Notes: generated from the sequence alone by a model not told the origin. Numbered from the stretch's first letter, positions 10,102 to 20,315 are shown. The stretch is DNA of 64,000 nt from an uncultured Clostridia bacterium (GCA_947589025.1 CANQAY010000007.1:2919-66918), one strand, 5' to 3'. Numbers and translations are program-made.

Positions 10102-10479
10102 CTATTGCTCTTGTGTTTGCAAAGCCATAAGTTTTTTAATTTCTTTTTTAACGCCAGAACTTAATTTAAATTTGCATTTTATTAAATATTTATGTAAGTC
10201 AATAGATTTTAAATACTCTTGAAATGCAAAAAATTCAAGCTCATATAAATCATTTATTAAACAAGGTTTTCTTTTTAAAACGGATGACAAAAATTTTTGA
10301 TTGGTGCGAATTTTGCTTGGAATGATGATAAGTGGAGCATTATAGTTTATTAAAATATCTTCACAAAAATCGGCTAAATTTTTGTAATTATCTAGCTGAT
10401 TTTCGTCAATAATTGCATTTTCATCAGCATAAAAGTACCATTGCCTAATTATCTCAGTTGCTTCAAATTTGTTTTTCAT
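10102..10479 (-). CDS. Hypothetical protein
   Basis: The start is placed at MKNKFEATEI (ATG 10479) because AAGGAGA precedes it. The ORF-track start at 10536 lacks an RBS. No family recognised. Confidence 0.5.
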   Translation of the reverse strand: MKNKFEATEIIRQWYFYADENAIIDENQLDNYKNLADFCEDILINYNAPLIIIPSKIRTNQKFLSSVLKRKPCLINDLYELEFFAFQEYLKSIDLHKYLIKCKFKLSSGVKKEIKKLMALQTQEQ

Positions 10480-10539
10480 ATTTCTCCTTAATAAAAACTT
10501 GCTTATTTTATCACACGCAAAAAATTTTGTCAACACTAT

Positions 10540-11673
10540 TTACACTAATTCTAAAATAATCGTGTTAGAAATTTCAAAATATTTGGGCAATATAAAAAGG
10601 TATCCATTTTTAATATCAATAGACCCTGCCTTTTGCAAATTATTTATTTGTTTTTGTTTGGTTTTTAATAAATCCATGTTAAATTCTTTGCAAAAATCAG
10701 TTAAATTTAGCCCATTTTGGGTGCGAAGTGACAACATTATGCGTTCGGTTATTTTTTGTTGTTTGGTTAGTTTTTCTTTGGCTTTAATTGGGCGCTTGTG
10801 ATTGGAAAGCTGCGTTATATATGTGTTAAAATTTTTAGTGTTCCAAAAACGGGTGCCATCAACATAGCTGTGCGCGGCAATGCCAATGCCTAAATATTCA
10901 ACATTGTTCCAATATTTTAAATTGTGTTGGCAGGTATAGTTTGGCAGTGCGTAATTAGAAATTTCATATCTATTAAAGCCGTGTTTTGTTAAAATTTTAT
11001 ATGCCTCGTTATATTGTTTAACAACAAAATCATCTTGTGGCAAAGATATTTGTTTGCTGTTAACTTTTTTGTATAGCGGGGTGCCCTCTTCCAGCTGCAA
11101 GGTGTAAGTGGAAATATGCTTTACGTTGTTGTTTATAAGGTAAGTTAGCGTGTTTTTAACAGAATTTATGCTTTGATTGGGCAGCCCAAGCATAACATCG
11201 GCAGAAATGTTTTTAAAACCTGCAATGTTTAAAATGTTAAATGCGGCGTCTATTTGCGCGCGGGTTTGCGCCCGGTTAACGCCCGAGGTAACTGCCCCAT
11301 TTATGCTCTGTACACCAAGGCTTATGCGGTTAATTTTGGCTTGTAAATATTCTTTAAACTTTTTTTCGTTAAAGCTGCTTGGGTTAACCTCAATTGTAAA
11401 CTCATAATTTTTTGCAATATTGAACGAAGAAAAAATTTTTTTACTTAAACTTAAAATAAAGCCATCAAACACCACACTAGGCGTGCCGCCACCTATAAAG
11501 ATTGTGTTAAATGTTTTGTTTTTAAATTGGTTTTTAACAAGGTCAATTTCGGTAAAAAGCGCGTTTAAATAGGCGTTTTGTTCGGTTTTGCCCATGCAAA
11601 AAGAAGTAAAATCGCAATAATCGCACTTTTTACTGCAAAATGGTATGTGAATATATAGCCCTAAATTAGTCAT
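10540..11673 (-). CDS. hemW: Radical SAM heme chaperone HemW (HemN-like, oxygen-independent coproporphyrinogen oxidase family)
   Basis: 377 aa. [17 protein letters not shown] contains the CxxxCxxC radical-SAM motif. It lies downstream of lepA, as in many Firmicutes. Confidence 0.85.
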   Translation of the reverse strand: MTNLGLYIHIPFCSKKCDYCDFTSFCMGKTEQNAYLNALFTEIDLVKNQFKNKTFNTIFIGGGTPSVVFDGFILSLSKKIFSSFNIAKNYEFTIEVNPSSFNEKKFKEYLQAKINRISLGVQSINGAVTSGVNRAQTRAQIDAAFNILNIAGFKNISADVMLGLPNQSINSVKNTLTYLINNNVKHISTYTLQLEEGTPLYKKVNSKQISLPQDDFVVKQYNEAYKILTKHGFNRYEISNYALPNYTCQHNLKYWNNVEYLGIGIAAHSYVDGTRFWNTKNFNTYITQLSNHKRPIKAKEKLTKQQKITERIMLSLRTQNGLNLTDFCKEFNMDLLKTKQKQINNLQKAGSIDIKNGYLFILPKYFEISNTIILELV

Positions 11674-13462
11674 CTAACTTTAAAATGGTAACAAAAGCTT
11701 CGCTTGGCAACTCCACACTGCCCAGTCTGCGCATTCGCTTTTTGCCTTCCTTTTGTTTTTCAAGCAGTTTGCGTTTGCGCGTTACATCGCCGCCATAACA
11801 TTTGGCAAGCACGTCCTTGCGCATAGCGGAAATGGTTTCCCGCGCAATAACTTTGCCGCCAATAACCGCCTGAATTGGTATTTCAAACAAATGGCGCGGA
11901 ATAACCTCTTTTAATTTTTCGCACAATGCCTTGCCGCGCGCGTAAGCCTTATCTTTATGCACAATTAAGGAAAGTGCATCGCAAATTTCGCCATTAAGCA
12001 GAATATCCAGCTTAACAAGGTCGCTTTGTTGATAGCCGTTTAGCGAGTAATCCATACTAGCATAGCCCTTGCTTAAAGATTTTATTTTGTCAAAAAAATC
12101 ATAAACAATTTCGTTAAGCGGCATGGTGTAAATAAGTTTGGTGCGGTTGGCGTCAATATATTGCATATCCAAATATGTGCCGCGCCTATCTGCGCACAAA
12201 TCCATAATGCCACCCAAATAGTCTTTTGGGGTAATAATTTCCATTTTAACAATTGGCTCTTCCATTTTGGATATGGTTGCCATGGCGGGCATTTCGCTAG
12301 GGTTGGTTACGTCAAACAAGGTGCCTTTATTGTCATAAATTTTATATTCCACACTTGGGGCGGTGGTAATAATATCCAAATTAAACTCCCGCTCTAGCCG
12401 TTCGGTAATAATTTCCATATGCAGCAGCCCCAAAAAGCCACATCTAAAGCCGTGCCCCAGCGCAAGCGAGGTCTCTTTAGTATAATGCAGGCTGGCATCG
12501 TTAAGTTTAAGTTTTTCAAGCGCATCGCTAAGTTCCTGATATTTATCCCCATCAAGCGGAAAAACGCCACAAAAAACCACACTTGTGGCCTCTTTATAGC
12601 CATCAAGCGGCTTTTCAATTGGGTTGTTTTTAAGGGTTATTGTGTCCCCCACCTTAGTGTCGGATACATTTTTAATTGATGCGGCAATATAGCCCACCTC
12701 ACCCGCAGTTAGGCAGTCTGCCGCCACTGGCTGCGGCCTATATATGCCCACCTCGGTTACCACAAACGATTTTTTTGTTTGCATAAACAAAATTTCATCG
12801 CCCGCTTTCACTTTTCCGTCAAAAATGCGCACCATGCTAACCGCACCCTTGTAACTATCGTAATAGCTATCAAAAATAAGCGCTTTAAGTGGTTTGTTTT
12901 CATCCCCTTTTGGCGCGGGCACGTGTTTTACAACTGCATCCAGCACGCTGTTTATGTTTAAGCCCGTTTTGGCGCTAATTTCACATGCTTCGTCACACGG
13001 GATGCCAATAACATCTTCAATTTCCTTTTTTGTGCCCGAAATATCCGCACTGGGCAAATCAATTTTGTTAATAACAGGAATAATTTCTAAATTAGCATCC
13101 AAGGCAAGGTAAACATTTGCCAAGGTTTGCGCTTGCACCCCTTGGCTGGCATCCACAACCAAAATTGCCCCCTCACACGCGGCTAACGAGCGGCTTACTT
13201 CGTAAGAAAAATCCACATGGCCGGGCGTGTCTATCAAATTTAAAGTGTATTCCTCGCCATTATAGTTATATTTCATTGTGGCGGGCGTTAGTTTAATTGT
13301 AATGCCACGCTCACGCTCAATATCCATGCTATCCAAAAGCTGATCTTCCATATCCCGCTTTAAAACCGTGCCCGTTGCCTCCATAAGCCTGTCCGCAAGG
13401 GTGGATTTGCCATGGTCTATATGCGCCACAATGCAAAAATTGCGTATTTTATCCTTAGCCAT
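11666..13462 (-). CDS. lepA: Translation elongation factor 4 (LepA)
   Basis: 598 aa. [28 protein letters not shown].. is an unambiguous LepA. Confidence 0.97.
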   Translation of the reverse strand: MAKDKIRNFCIVAHIDHGKSTLADRLMEATGTVLKRDMEDQLLDSMDIERERGITIKLTPATMKYNYNGEEYTLNLIDTPGHVDFSYEVSRSLAACEGAILVVDASQGVQAQTLANVYLALDANLEIIPVINKIDLPSADISGTKKEIEDVIGIPCDEACEISAKTGLNINSVLDAVVKHVPAPKGDENKPLKALIFDSYYDSYKGAVSMVRIFDGKVKAGDEILFMQTKKSFVVTEVGIYRPQPVAADCLTAGEVGYIAASIKNVSDTKVGDTITLKNNPIEKPLDGYKEATSVVFCGVFPLDGDKYQELSDALEKLKLNDASLHYTKETSLALGHGFRCGFLGLLHMEIITERLEREFNLDIITTAPSVEYKIYDNKGTLFDVTNPSEMPAMATISKMEEPIVKMEIITPKDYLGGIMDLCADRRGTYLDMQYIDANRTKLIYTMPLNEIVYDFFDKIKSLSKGYASMDYSLNGYQQSDLVKLDILLNGEICDALSLIVHKDKAYARGKALCEKLKEVIPRHLFEIPIQAVIGGKVIARETISAMRKDVLAKCYGGDVTRKRKLLEKQKEGKKRMRRLGSVELPSEAFVTILKLDD

Positions 13463-13500
13463 AAACTAATTATATCAATAAAAAACAAAATTGTCAAAAT

Positions 13501-13524
13501 AAAAAAGGGCGCTTGCCCTTTTAT
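13501..13524 (-). terminator. Terminator downstream of the LRR gene
   Basis: Minus strand aaagggc-aagc-gcccttt followed by ttttt. Confidence 0.55.
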
Positions 13525-15289
13525 TTTGTGTAAACCCAATATCCGTCAACTTCTTCTTCACTAAACCCGTGGCTAGCAAGCTCGGATATTTGATATTTTG
13601 CCTTTATTGTTGTGACATAATTAGTAATATAAGCTGAGTTCAACATATTATAATTGCACACTGATACACTTTCTATTGTCACTTCTTTTAATGAGCTACA
13701 GTTGGCAAATGCACTTATACCTATTGATGTTACGCTACTTGGAATTGTTATGCTTGTCAATCCTGTGCAACCTAAGAAAGCCTCCTCTCCTATCCTTTCA
13801 ATCGTGTTAGGAATTATTATACTAGTCAATTCTACACTTTCAGAAAATGCTCCATATCCTATACTTGTTACGCTGCCATCATCTGGAATAATAGTGTTTG
13901 CAATGCCTACCATTAATTGTTTTTTAGCTATATCTATTAAACAATTGCATTCTTGTGTTTCATCTTGGTTGCGGCTACTGTAATGCGTGTTTGCACTATC
14001 CACTTTTATGCTAGATAAATTAGTGCAGTAACCAAAAGGAAAGGCTCCTATATTCTCAACACTGCTTGGAATGTAAATGCTAGTCAATCCGCTGCAATTG
14101 GTGAATGCCTCCGTTCCAATATCAGTTACTCCATTTAATAGAATTAATGAATTATTATTCATCAACTGATATGCGAATGAAACTGGATAAACTTCCCCAC
14201 CTGAAACCGCTATTGTAAGGTTGGCAGGAATAGAAAATAATCCAGCGCTTGGGTCTTGCATCATTGACATCAGATCGTCCATTGTCAGTGTATTGAAAAT
14301 ATACCCAAACAAAATTATGGAACATTTTGGGTCGAGAAATATTTGCAATTCATTAGACAAATCTAAACTATTTCCATCTATAATAATTGCACTCTCAGTC
14401 ATTTGCACGTCAATATCCTTTTTGCCGCCTACAAATGGGACTTTTAGGTATTGTAAGTTGTTGCAGCCTTTAAATGCGGAGCTGCCTATTGTCTCTATTG
14501 TGTCTGGGATTGTAACTTCGGTTAAGTTTAAGTTATCTTCAAAAGCGTTTGCCGCTATTGATGTTACTGGGGTGTCATCTATTGTGGTGGGGATGTGAAG
14601 TTTGCTGCCAGTAAAGGTTGGTTTTAAGCCTTTTATTACTCCATCTTCAAATATAAAATAACTGCCGTAATCTTGCCCATCTATGTTAAAACTAAATGAG
14701 CCTGAAAATGAGGTGTTAACATTAGCATTTTGCATTTGTGCAATTAAGTAGATATATTGGCCATCACTAGCTGGGATGGTGCTGGTTACCCAATTGCCAA
14801 AGTTGTTGGTAATTGTTGTTTGGTAATCGGATGTTATTTGATCTTCTGAATTAAGATAGTATAGTGAGATGTTTGAATCGGTGATTGAGTCATCATTATA
14901 AAATAAATCTATAACATAATCGTTATTGCCGGTGTTAGTAAACTTATATTCAAATATAACATATGGGTTTGCTTCGGTTAATGTAATATATTCATCGGCT
15001 GGATTTAGGGTTGCACTGGTGTTAGAGCTAAATGTTATTTGAGCATCACCATCTGGCTTGCCGGTGGTGGTCATAGTTTTCCATGCTCTGCTGCCCACTT
15101 TCCATCTGGCTGAAGCATTGCCATATGCTTGTGTGGTTGTGTAACTTGCATTTACATTGCTTTTAAATTGCTGCTTTAATGGTGGTGTAAGCTGTGCTAA
15201 ATTATTACCGTTGCTAGTGCCAAAATTAATAGCACTATTGTTATGTTAATTGCTACTTTGGTTATTGTTAATTTACTTTTTGGTTTCAT
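13521..15289 (-). pseudogene. BspA-type leucine-rich-repeat surface protein, with the signal anchor and body in different frames (frameshift or assembly error)
   Basis: The body (13521..15245 open) carries repeated IP..V..IG..AF..C..L..I units. ATG 15289 with AAGGGGG RBS encodes MKPKSKLTITKVAINITIVLLILALATVII and stops at TAG 15199-15197. The body frame overlaps it over 15200-15245. Confidence 0.65.
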
Positions 15290-15507
15290 TTATCCCCCTT
15301 TTTATTTTGCCCAAAAATATTAACGCTTAAAATTTATTGGTTTATAATAATTGTAAATATTACCCCCCCCGTCAAGCAAATTTAAACCGATTTTTGAAAA
15401 TTTTTTGTTTTATTGCAAAAAAACGGGCAAAAAGCGGGCATTTTGCCCATTTTTTGCCCTTTACCCATTACACTTTATCCACTTTTTTGCACATTTGCCA
15501 CTTTTTG

Positions 15508-15640
15508 AGATTCCTCGACTGCGCTCGGAATGACATTATTAACCCTTGCAATAACATTATTGACCTTAGCAAGACATTATTGGTGCTTTGGAAACTCCCA
15601 ACGATGTCATTCTGAGCGAACGAAGTGAGCGTGAGAATCT
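15508..15640. repeat. MITE-like element with imperfect terminal inverted repeats
   Basis: Arms are gagattcc..gcgctcggaatgacat (15508-15537) and atgtcattctgagcg..gtgagaatct (15604-15640). Three internal direct repeats (G/A)ACATTATT lie at 15533, 15554 and 15574. Confidence 0.55.
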
Positions 15641-15688
15641 ATTGAAAATGAAATTTACTTAAAATTGGGTTTTTGCATATAAAATTTT

Positions 15689-16387
15689 ATGAGTGAAAGA
15701 TTATTTTGCAAAATGATTGGCTCCAAAGGTTTGCCCGATAAGTTAACTAGAGAAGAAGAAATTGAACTGTTTAAAAGAATGGAAAACCATGATGATTTGG
15801 CTAGGCAAACCATTATTGAGCACAATATGCGGCTTGTTGTGCATATTGCTAAAAAATTTAGCAACAAGGCGTTTAATGACGACTTTATTTCGGTTGGAAC
15901 AATTGGATTGATTAAGGCCGTGGATGCTTTTGACTATAAAACTGGAAACAAATTTTCTAGATTTGCGGGGATTTGCATTGAAAACGAAATTAAAATGTTT
16001 TTAAGGATAATTAAGCGCGACAACAATGTGGTTAGCCTTGAAAAGGTTATTGCCAAAGACAAAAATGACGAAAATTTGACAATTGGAGACACAATTGTTT
16101 ACACCAACGACGAACAGGCTAACGACGATGTTGACAACATGCTTTTGCGGGATAAAATTGTTAAATTGGCAAAAACTTGTTTAACTCCGCTGCAATTTAA
16201 GGTTGTGTGCATGCGATACGGCCTTGTGAACGGCAACCGCATGACCCAGCAGTGTGTGGCAAATGAGTTAAATGTTACCAGAAGTTATATTGCCCGCATT
16301 GAAATGATGTCTAAAAAAATTTTAAAAGATAATTTACCTTATATATTAACTGCGGATGAAATTGATGGATTTAAGTTAGTTTTTTAG
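15689..16387 (+). CDS. SigE/SigK-family sporulation-type sigma-70 factor with almost no pro-sequence
   Basis: 232 aa. IGSKGLPDKLTREEE..IEHNMRLVVHIAKKF..GTIGLIKAVDAF..CIENEIKMFLR..TRSYIARIE are hallmark SigE/K region 2-4 motifs. Confidence 0.8.
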   Translation: MSERLFCKMIGSKGLPDKLTREEEIELFKRMENHDDLARQTIIEHNMRLVVHIAKKFSNKAFNDDFISVGTIGLIKAVDAFDYKTGNKFSRFAGICIENEIKMFLRIIKRDNNVVSLEKVIAKDKNDENLTIGDTIVYTNDEQANDDVDNMLLRDKIVKLAKTCLTPLQFKVVCMRYGLVNGNRMTQQCVANELNVTRSYIARIEMMSKKILKDNLPYILTADEIDGFKLVF

Positions 16388-16439
16388 TGTACAAGCAAAA
16401 ATCGACCTTTTTCGCCATATATATGTTTGAGGTGAAATT

Positions 16440-17129
16440 ATGGTTTTTGAGACGCTTGGGCAGTTTTTATCTAAACTTATGCTTTTTCATGGATATGTGA
16501 ACGAATATAACGGGTTTCCTAAACCGCTGAAAAAAGAGGAAGAAGAAAAATACGTTACCCTTATGAGAAATGGCGATAAATCCGCCCGAGAAAAGCTAAT
16601 TAACCACAACATGCGTTTGGTGGCGCATGTGGCTAAAAAATATAGCGGCGCGGCCGAGGCGGATGAGCTGCTTTCGGTGGGCAGCATTGGGCTAATTAAG
16701 GCAATTGACAGCTACAGCTTGGAAAAGGGCTCGCAGCTTTCCACCTACGCAAGCAGGTGCATTGAAAATGAAATGCTTATGCTTTTGCGCGCAAACAAAA
16801 AGCACAAAGTGTGCGTTAGCATTGAAGAAACCATTGGCACGGATAAAGACGGCAGCGAGCTTACGCTTAAAGAAATTATTCCGCAAAAAGGAAAGGACGA
16901 CCCAGACCGAATTGTTGAAAACCGCGTTATGCTGCAAGAGATAACCGAAACCATGAAAAAACTGCTGGATAAACGCGAATTTTTGGTGCTTAGCCTGCGT
17001 TATGGCCTTAAAGACGGCATTGAACGGACGCAATATGAAGTGGCAAACATGCTGGGCATAAGCCGAAGCTATATTTCACGCATTGAAACGCAAGCACTTA
17101 AAATTATTAAACAAAACTTTAAAATATAA
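16440..17129 (+). CDS. sigK: Pro-sigmaK-like sporulation sigma factor (uninterrupted)
   Basis: 229 aa. The N-terminus MVFETLGQFLSKLMLFHGYVNEYNGFPKPLKKEEEEKY parallels the B. subtilis pro-sigmaK leader and cleavage region. CIENEMLMLLR and SRSYISRIE are present. GAGGTGA RBS. Confidence 0.7.
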   Translation: MVFETLGQFLSKLMLFHGYVNEYNGFPKPLKKEEEEKYVTLMRNGDKSAREKLINHNMRLVAHVAKKYSGAAEADELLSVGSIGLIKAIDSYSLEKGSQLSTYASRCIENEMLMLLRANKKHKVCVSIEETIGTDKDGSELTLKEIIPQKGKDDPDRIVENRVMLQEITETMKKLLDKREFLVLSLRYGLKDGIERTQYEVANMLGISRSYISRIETQALKIIKQNFKI

Positions 17130-17156
17130 AAAAAGGAGAATGTTACTACATTCTCC
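17127..17156 (-). terminator. Terminator of rnpB
   Basis: ggagaatgt-tact-acattctcc hairpin followed on the minus strand by a T-run. Confidence 0.6.
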
Positions 17157-17185
17157 ACCATCCAAAAGGATGAAAGCATTTAGGT

Positions 17186-17530
17186 GGCAGTTTGGCCTAT
17201 AAGCCGGGTTCTGTATTAGACGGTCATCTATCTAAACCATAAATTGCTTTAGGGTTTTAGCGGTGTATGTATTCTGGCGAGCAGCGTTATAACGAATACT
17301 TCTTACCTTGCTTCGGATGGGGTTTGCATGGACCAGATTTGTCACCAAACCTGCGGTGAGCTCTTGCCTCGCCTTTTCATCCTTACTAACCACTCAGGGG
17401 TATAGCGGTTATTTTCTGTTGCACTTTCCTTCTAGTTGCCTAGACTTGCCGTTAGCAAGCATCCTGCTCTGTGAAGCCCGGACTTTCCTCAAATTATTAC
17501 TAACTTGCGACCATCCGTCCAAACTGACAT
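17186..17530 (-). ncRNA. rnpB: RNase P RNA, bacterial type A
   Basis: The minus strand contains GAGGAAAGTCCGGGC, GTAAGGATGAAAAGGCGAGGCAAGAGCTCACC, AGATAGATGACCGTC and ACAGAACCCGGCTTA. P1 pairs cagtttgg with ccaaactg. Promoter TTGACA-17-ATTATA lies just upstream (17536-17570). Ends are approximate. Confidence 0.9.
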
Positions 17531-17670
17531 AAGTATAATATCACTTTAAAAAAATTTGTCAATACCCTTTTTTAAATTTTTTTAAAAAATTTTTGCTAAT
17601 AAAATAAGTTTTTGTGGGTTTTAAATAAAAAATCTGTTGTTTTTACAACAGATTTTTATATATGTCAACT

Positions 17671-18750
17671 TTAAACATTGACCCCACTTGCCGAATAAAT
17701 GGTGTTTGTGCCCGCAAAACAATTCTTACTTTGCAAAATTTTAAGTTGTTCTTCTTTTGAAAGGTTTTTTGAAATTAGAGTTGAAATGAAGGCTCTTAGG
17801 TTTGTATCCTGTGCTATGTCTGTTGGATTATGCAATAAATCTCCAACGGCTTGTTGATTTTTTTCTTTATCTTGTTCGGTGAAAAATTTAATTACACCTT
17901 TTAAAGAAGCTGCGGTATAGTCGTCAACCTCACCAATTAAACCCCAAGTTGTTAAAATGTTGGTTTTTATATAATCTTCATGTTTAATTGTGGAATTTGC
18001 AAAACCTTGTGGCCTTTCATGGACTTTGCCATCAATGATAGGGTTTTGGCTATCGGCCGTTGGATCCGAAGCATAAATTCCATGAATGCCCCATTTATTA
18101 TCATCAATTCGCACATAACACATAGCGTGATTTTTATTTACACCCTGCACGCAGCACGATATGCCCAACCTGTTACAAATTTCACTTAGCAAACCAGCGT
18201 ACCCGGCACAAACAATTCTATCTCCAGTTAAAACAGTTATTAAATGCCTAGAAATATCCTTACTTTGCCCCTTATCCTCTTCTTTATAACTGAATTTAGT
18301 TACTATGTCATAAGCGTATAAAAATTTTTCGTATGGAGAAAGTTCTTTACCTTTCCTTCTTGCAGATTTAATTTCATTTACCCAATAATTTAATTTGCGG
18401 CTGGCTTCTATTGCCTTTTCTACCGCAACTTCTTGGCCATATTCAAAAACTAAGGCAAAACTTAATTCTATGCCCTTTTCTTGCAAACTATTATACAAGT
18501 TAACAAGTGTTTTTGTTTCTTCTTCATTAAATAGTTCTTGGCCAGATGAAGGTGTCACAATTTTTATTTTAAATTTATTTACAAAAAGCGTATCCCCAAT
18601 TTGTTCATTGACCAATTTGTATGATTTATAAAACCACTCTTTTTTGTCTTTTAAATAATTAAAAACATCATCAACATTTTTAAATGTCTTAAAATCCGAT
18701 TGCTTTATGGTTATTGTATATATGCTTTCGTGTATTTTTTGTTTTTCCAT
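17671..18750 (-). CDS. Hypothetical protein with a transglutaminase-like Cys-His-Asp core
   Basis: 359 aa. GDRIVCAGYAGLLSEICNRLGI..NHAMCYVRIDD..YASDPT resembles the papain-like transglutaminase fold. Weak call. Confidence 0.4.
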   Translation of the reverse strand: MEKQKIHESIYTITIKQSDFKTFKNVDDVFNYLKDKKEWFYKSYKLVNEQIGDTLFVNKFKIKIVTPSSGQELFNEEETKTLVNLYNSLQEKGIELSFALVFEYGQEVAVEKAIEASRKLNYWVNEIKSARRKGKELSPYEKFLYAYDIVTKFSYKEEDKGQSKDISRHLITVLTGDRIVCAGYAGLLSEICNRLGISCCVQGVNKNHAMCYVRIDDNKWGIHGIYASDPTADSQNPIIDGKVHERPQGFANSTIKHEDYIKTNILTTWGLIGEVDDYTAASLKGVIKFFTEQDKEKNQQAVGDLLHNPTDIAQDTNLRAFISTLISKNLSKEEQLKILQSKNCFAGTNTIYSASGVNV

Positions 18751-18797
18751 ATTTTTATTTTATCATTTTTATAAATTTAGTCAATGCTTTTTAATTT

Positions 18798-19631
18798 TTA
18801 CAAACTGAAAAACTTTTTGGCGTTTTGGTCGGTGGCAGAAATTAATGCTGGCAGAGGCATTTCTCTTAGTTCGGCAACATATTTGGCTGTATCTACAACA
18901 AAAGCGGGTTCGTTTCTCTCTCCCCTATGCGGCGTTGGGGCTAAATATGGGCAATCCGTTTCCAAAAAGAAACTATCTAGTGAGATGTTTTTAACAACTT
19001 CCTTAACATTTGTTGCGTTTTTGTAGGTTACAACGCCCGTAAAAGAGAGTTTTACGCCCAATTTTAATAGAACGTTCGCAAATTCTAAACTACCGCTGTA
19101 ACAATGCATAACCGCGCCATATTTAAATGGTGCATATCGTTTTAAAATTTCAAGCGTGTCGCCATACGCTTCCCGGCAATGAATTATAATTGGCAGATGA
19201 TATTTATTTGCAAGTTCAATTTGGCTTATAAAGGCTTGCTTTTGTTTTTCCTTATTATCCTTTATGCGATAATAATCCAGCCCAATTTCACCAATGGCAA
19301 CCAGCTTGTTTGTTTTGGGGATTGCCACAGCGTTCTTATGGCAAGAACGCTGCGCAATGACATTGTTTTGTGATTTATCTGCATCACTTAAAGAGGATTT
19401 TATTAAATTTTCCAATTCAGTTGAATTAAAATCTTCAACATTATCTGGGTGAACGCCCACAGAATAATAAACGCAATCATATTTTATTGCAATTTCGCGC
19501 GCCTTTATGCTGGAAGGAATATCCCAAGAGACACATATTGCCTTTTCTACCCCCGCGCGCAAAAAATTGTTAACAACATTATTTACATCGTTATCAAATT
19601 GTTCATCGTTAAGATGGCAATGGCTGTCTAT
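18798..19631 (-). CDS. tatD: TatD family metal-dependent hydrolase; start codon uncertain (possibly non-canonical)
   Basis: The track ORF starts at TTG 19562, but the same frame stays open to 19640 and encodes FATIDSHCHLNDEQF (the TatD HxH motif). AGGTGA lies 9 nt before ATA 19631. There is no ATG/GTG/TTG in frame upstream of 19562. Confidence 0.7.
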   Translation of the reverse strand: MDSHCHLNDEQFDNDVNNVVNNFLRAGVEKAICVSWDIPSSIKAREIAIKYDCVYYSVGVHPDNVEDFNSTELENLIKSSLSDADKSQNNVIAQRSCHKNAVAIPKTNKLVAIGEIGLDYYRIKDNKEKQKQAFISQIELANKYHLPIIIHCREAYGDTLEILKRYAPFKYGAVMHCYSGSLEFANVLLKLGVKLSFTGVVTYKNATNVKEVVKNISLDSFFLETDCPYLAPTPHRGERNEPAFVVDTAKYVAELREMPLPALISATDQNAKKFFSL

Positions 19632-19649
19632 CGTGGCAAATCACCTTCT

Positions 19650-20315
19650 TTATTGTTGTTTATCTTTATTCTCTTTCTTTTTAAACAGGCCTTTAATCAT
19701 TGCCCAAAGTTCGGTTTTATTTTCCTTGCCTGTTAAAAGTTTTTTGATGTTGGAGCGGTGCGCAAAGAAAACCAAACACAAAATGCCAACAATTAAAATA
19801 TAATTAACCCACAAAGCTGGGTTGTTAAGGCAAATTTCCACAATGCTCATAAAAAGCACAAAACTTAATGTTAAAACCGATGCATATTTAATAAACAACA
19901 TAAGCAGCACCATAACCGCAAACGCAATTAAACTAACCCACCAGTTGGCAACCAAAAACACGCCCACTGCGGTGGCTATGCCCTTGCCGCCTTTAAACTT
20001 AAACACAACAGGGAAAATGTGCCCCAGCACAACCGAAAAGCCGGCAACATAAAGTGCAATTTCCACATTGCAACCTAGGTAGCCAAAAGTTAAATACGCA
20101 ACAAGGCAAGGAACAACGCCTTTAATCATATCAAAAACAAAAGTAAAAATGCCCGGCCAAAAACCGAATGTGCGCCAGGTGTTAAGCGTGCCCGGGTTGC
20201 CGCTGCCGGATTTTGTAATATCCCCTTTCAAAATTTTGGAAATAATGCGAGCAAAATTTATATTGCCAACAAAATAACTTATAATTCCCAACAAAATATA
20301 ACAAAGATATTGCAT
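19650..20315 (-). CDS. plsY: Glycerol-3-phosphate acyltransferase PlsY
   Basis: 221 aa, polytopic, with GSGNPGTLNTWR and FKGGKGIAT motifs. Confidence 0.9.
   Translation of the reverse strand: MQYLCYILLGIISYFVGNINFARIISKILKGDITKSGSGNPGTLNTWRTFGFWPGIFTFVFDMIKGVVPCLVAYLTFGYLGCNVEIALYVAGFSVVLGHIFPVVFKFKGGKGIATAVGVFLVANWWVSLIAFAVMVLLMLFIKYASVLTLSFVLFMSIVEICLNNPALWVNYILIVGILCLVFFAHRSNIKKLLTGKENKTELWAMIKGLFKKKENKDKQQ

Noticed and set aside
16440-17129. Possible skin-like intervening element splitting sigK
   Set aside because: The sigK-like ORF is continuous from the pro-sequence to region 4.2, so there is no interruption.
17308-17532. 74-aa plus-strand ORF
   Set aside because: It lies entirely inside the RNase P RNA gene (opposite strand), so it is spurious.
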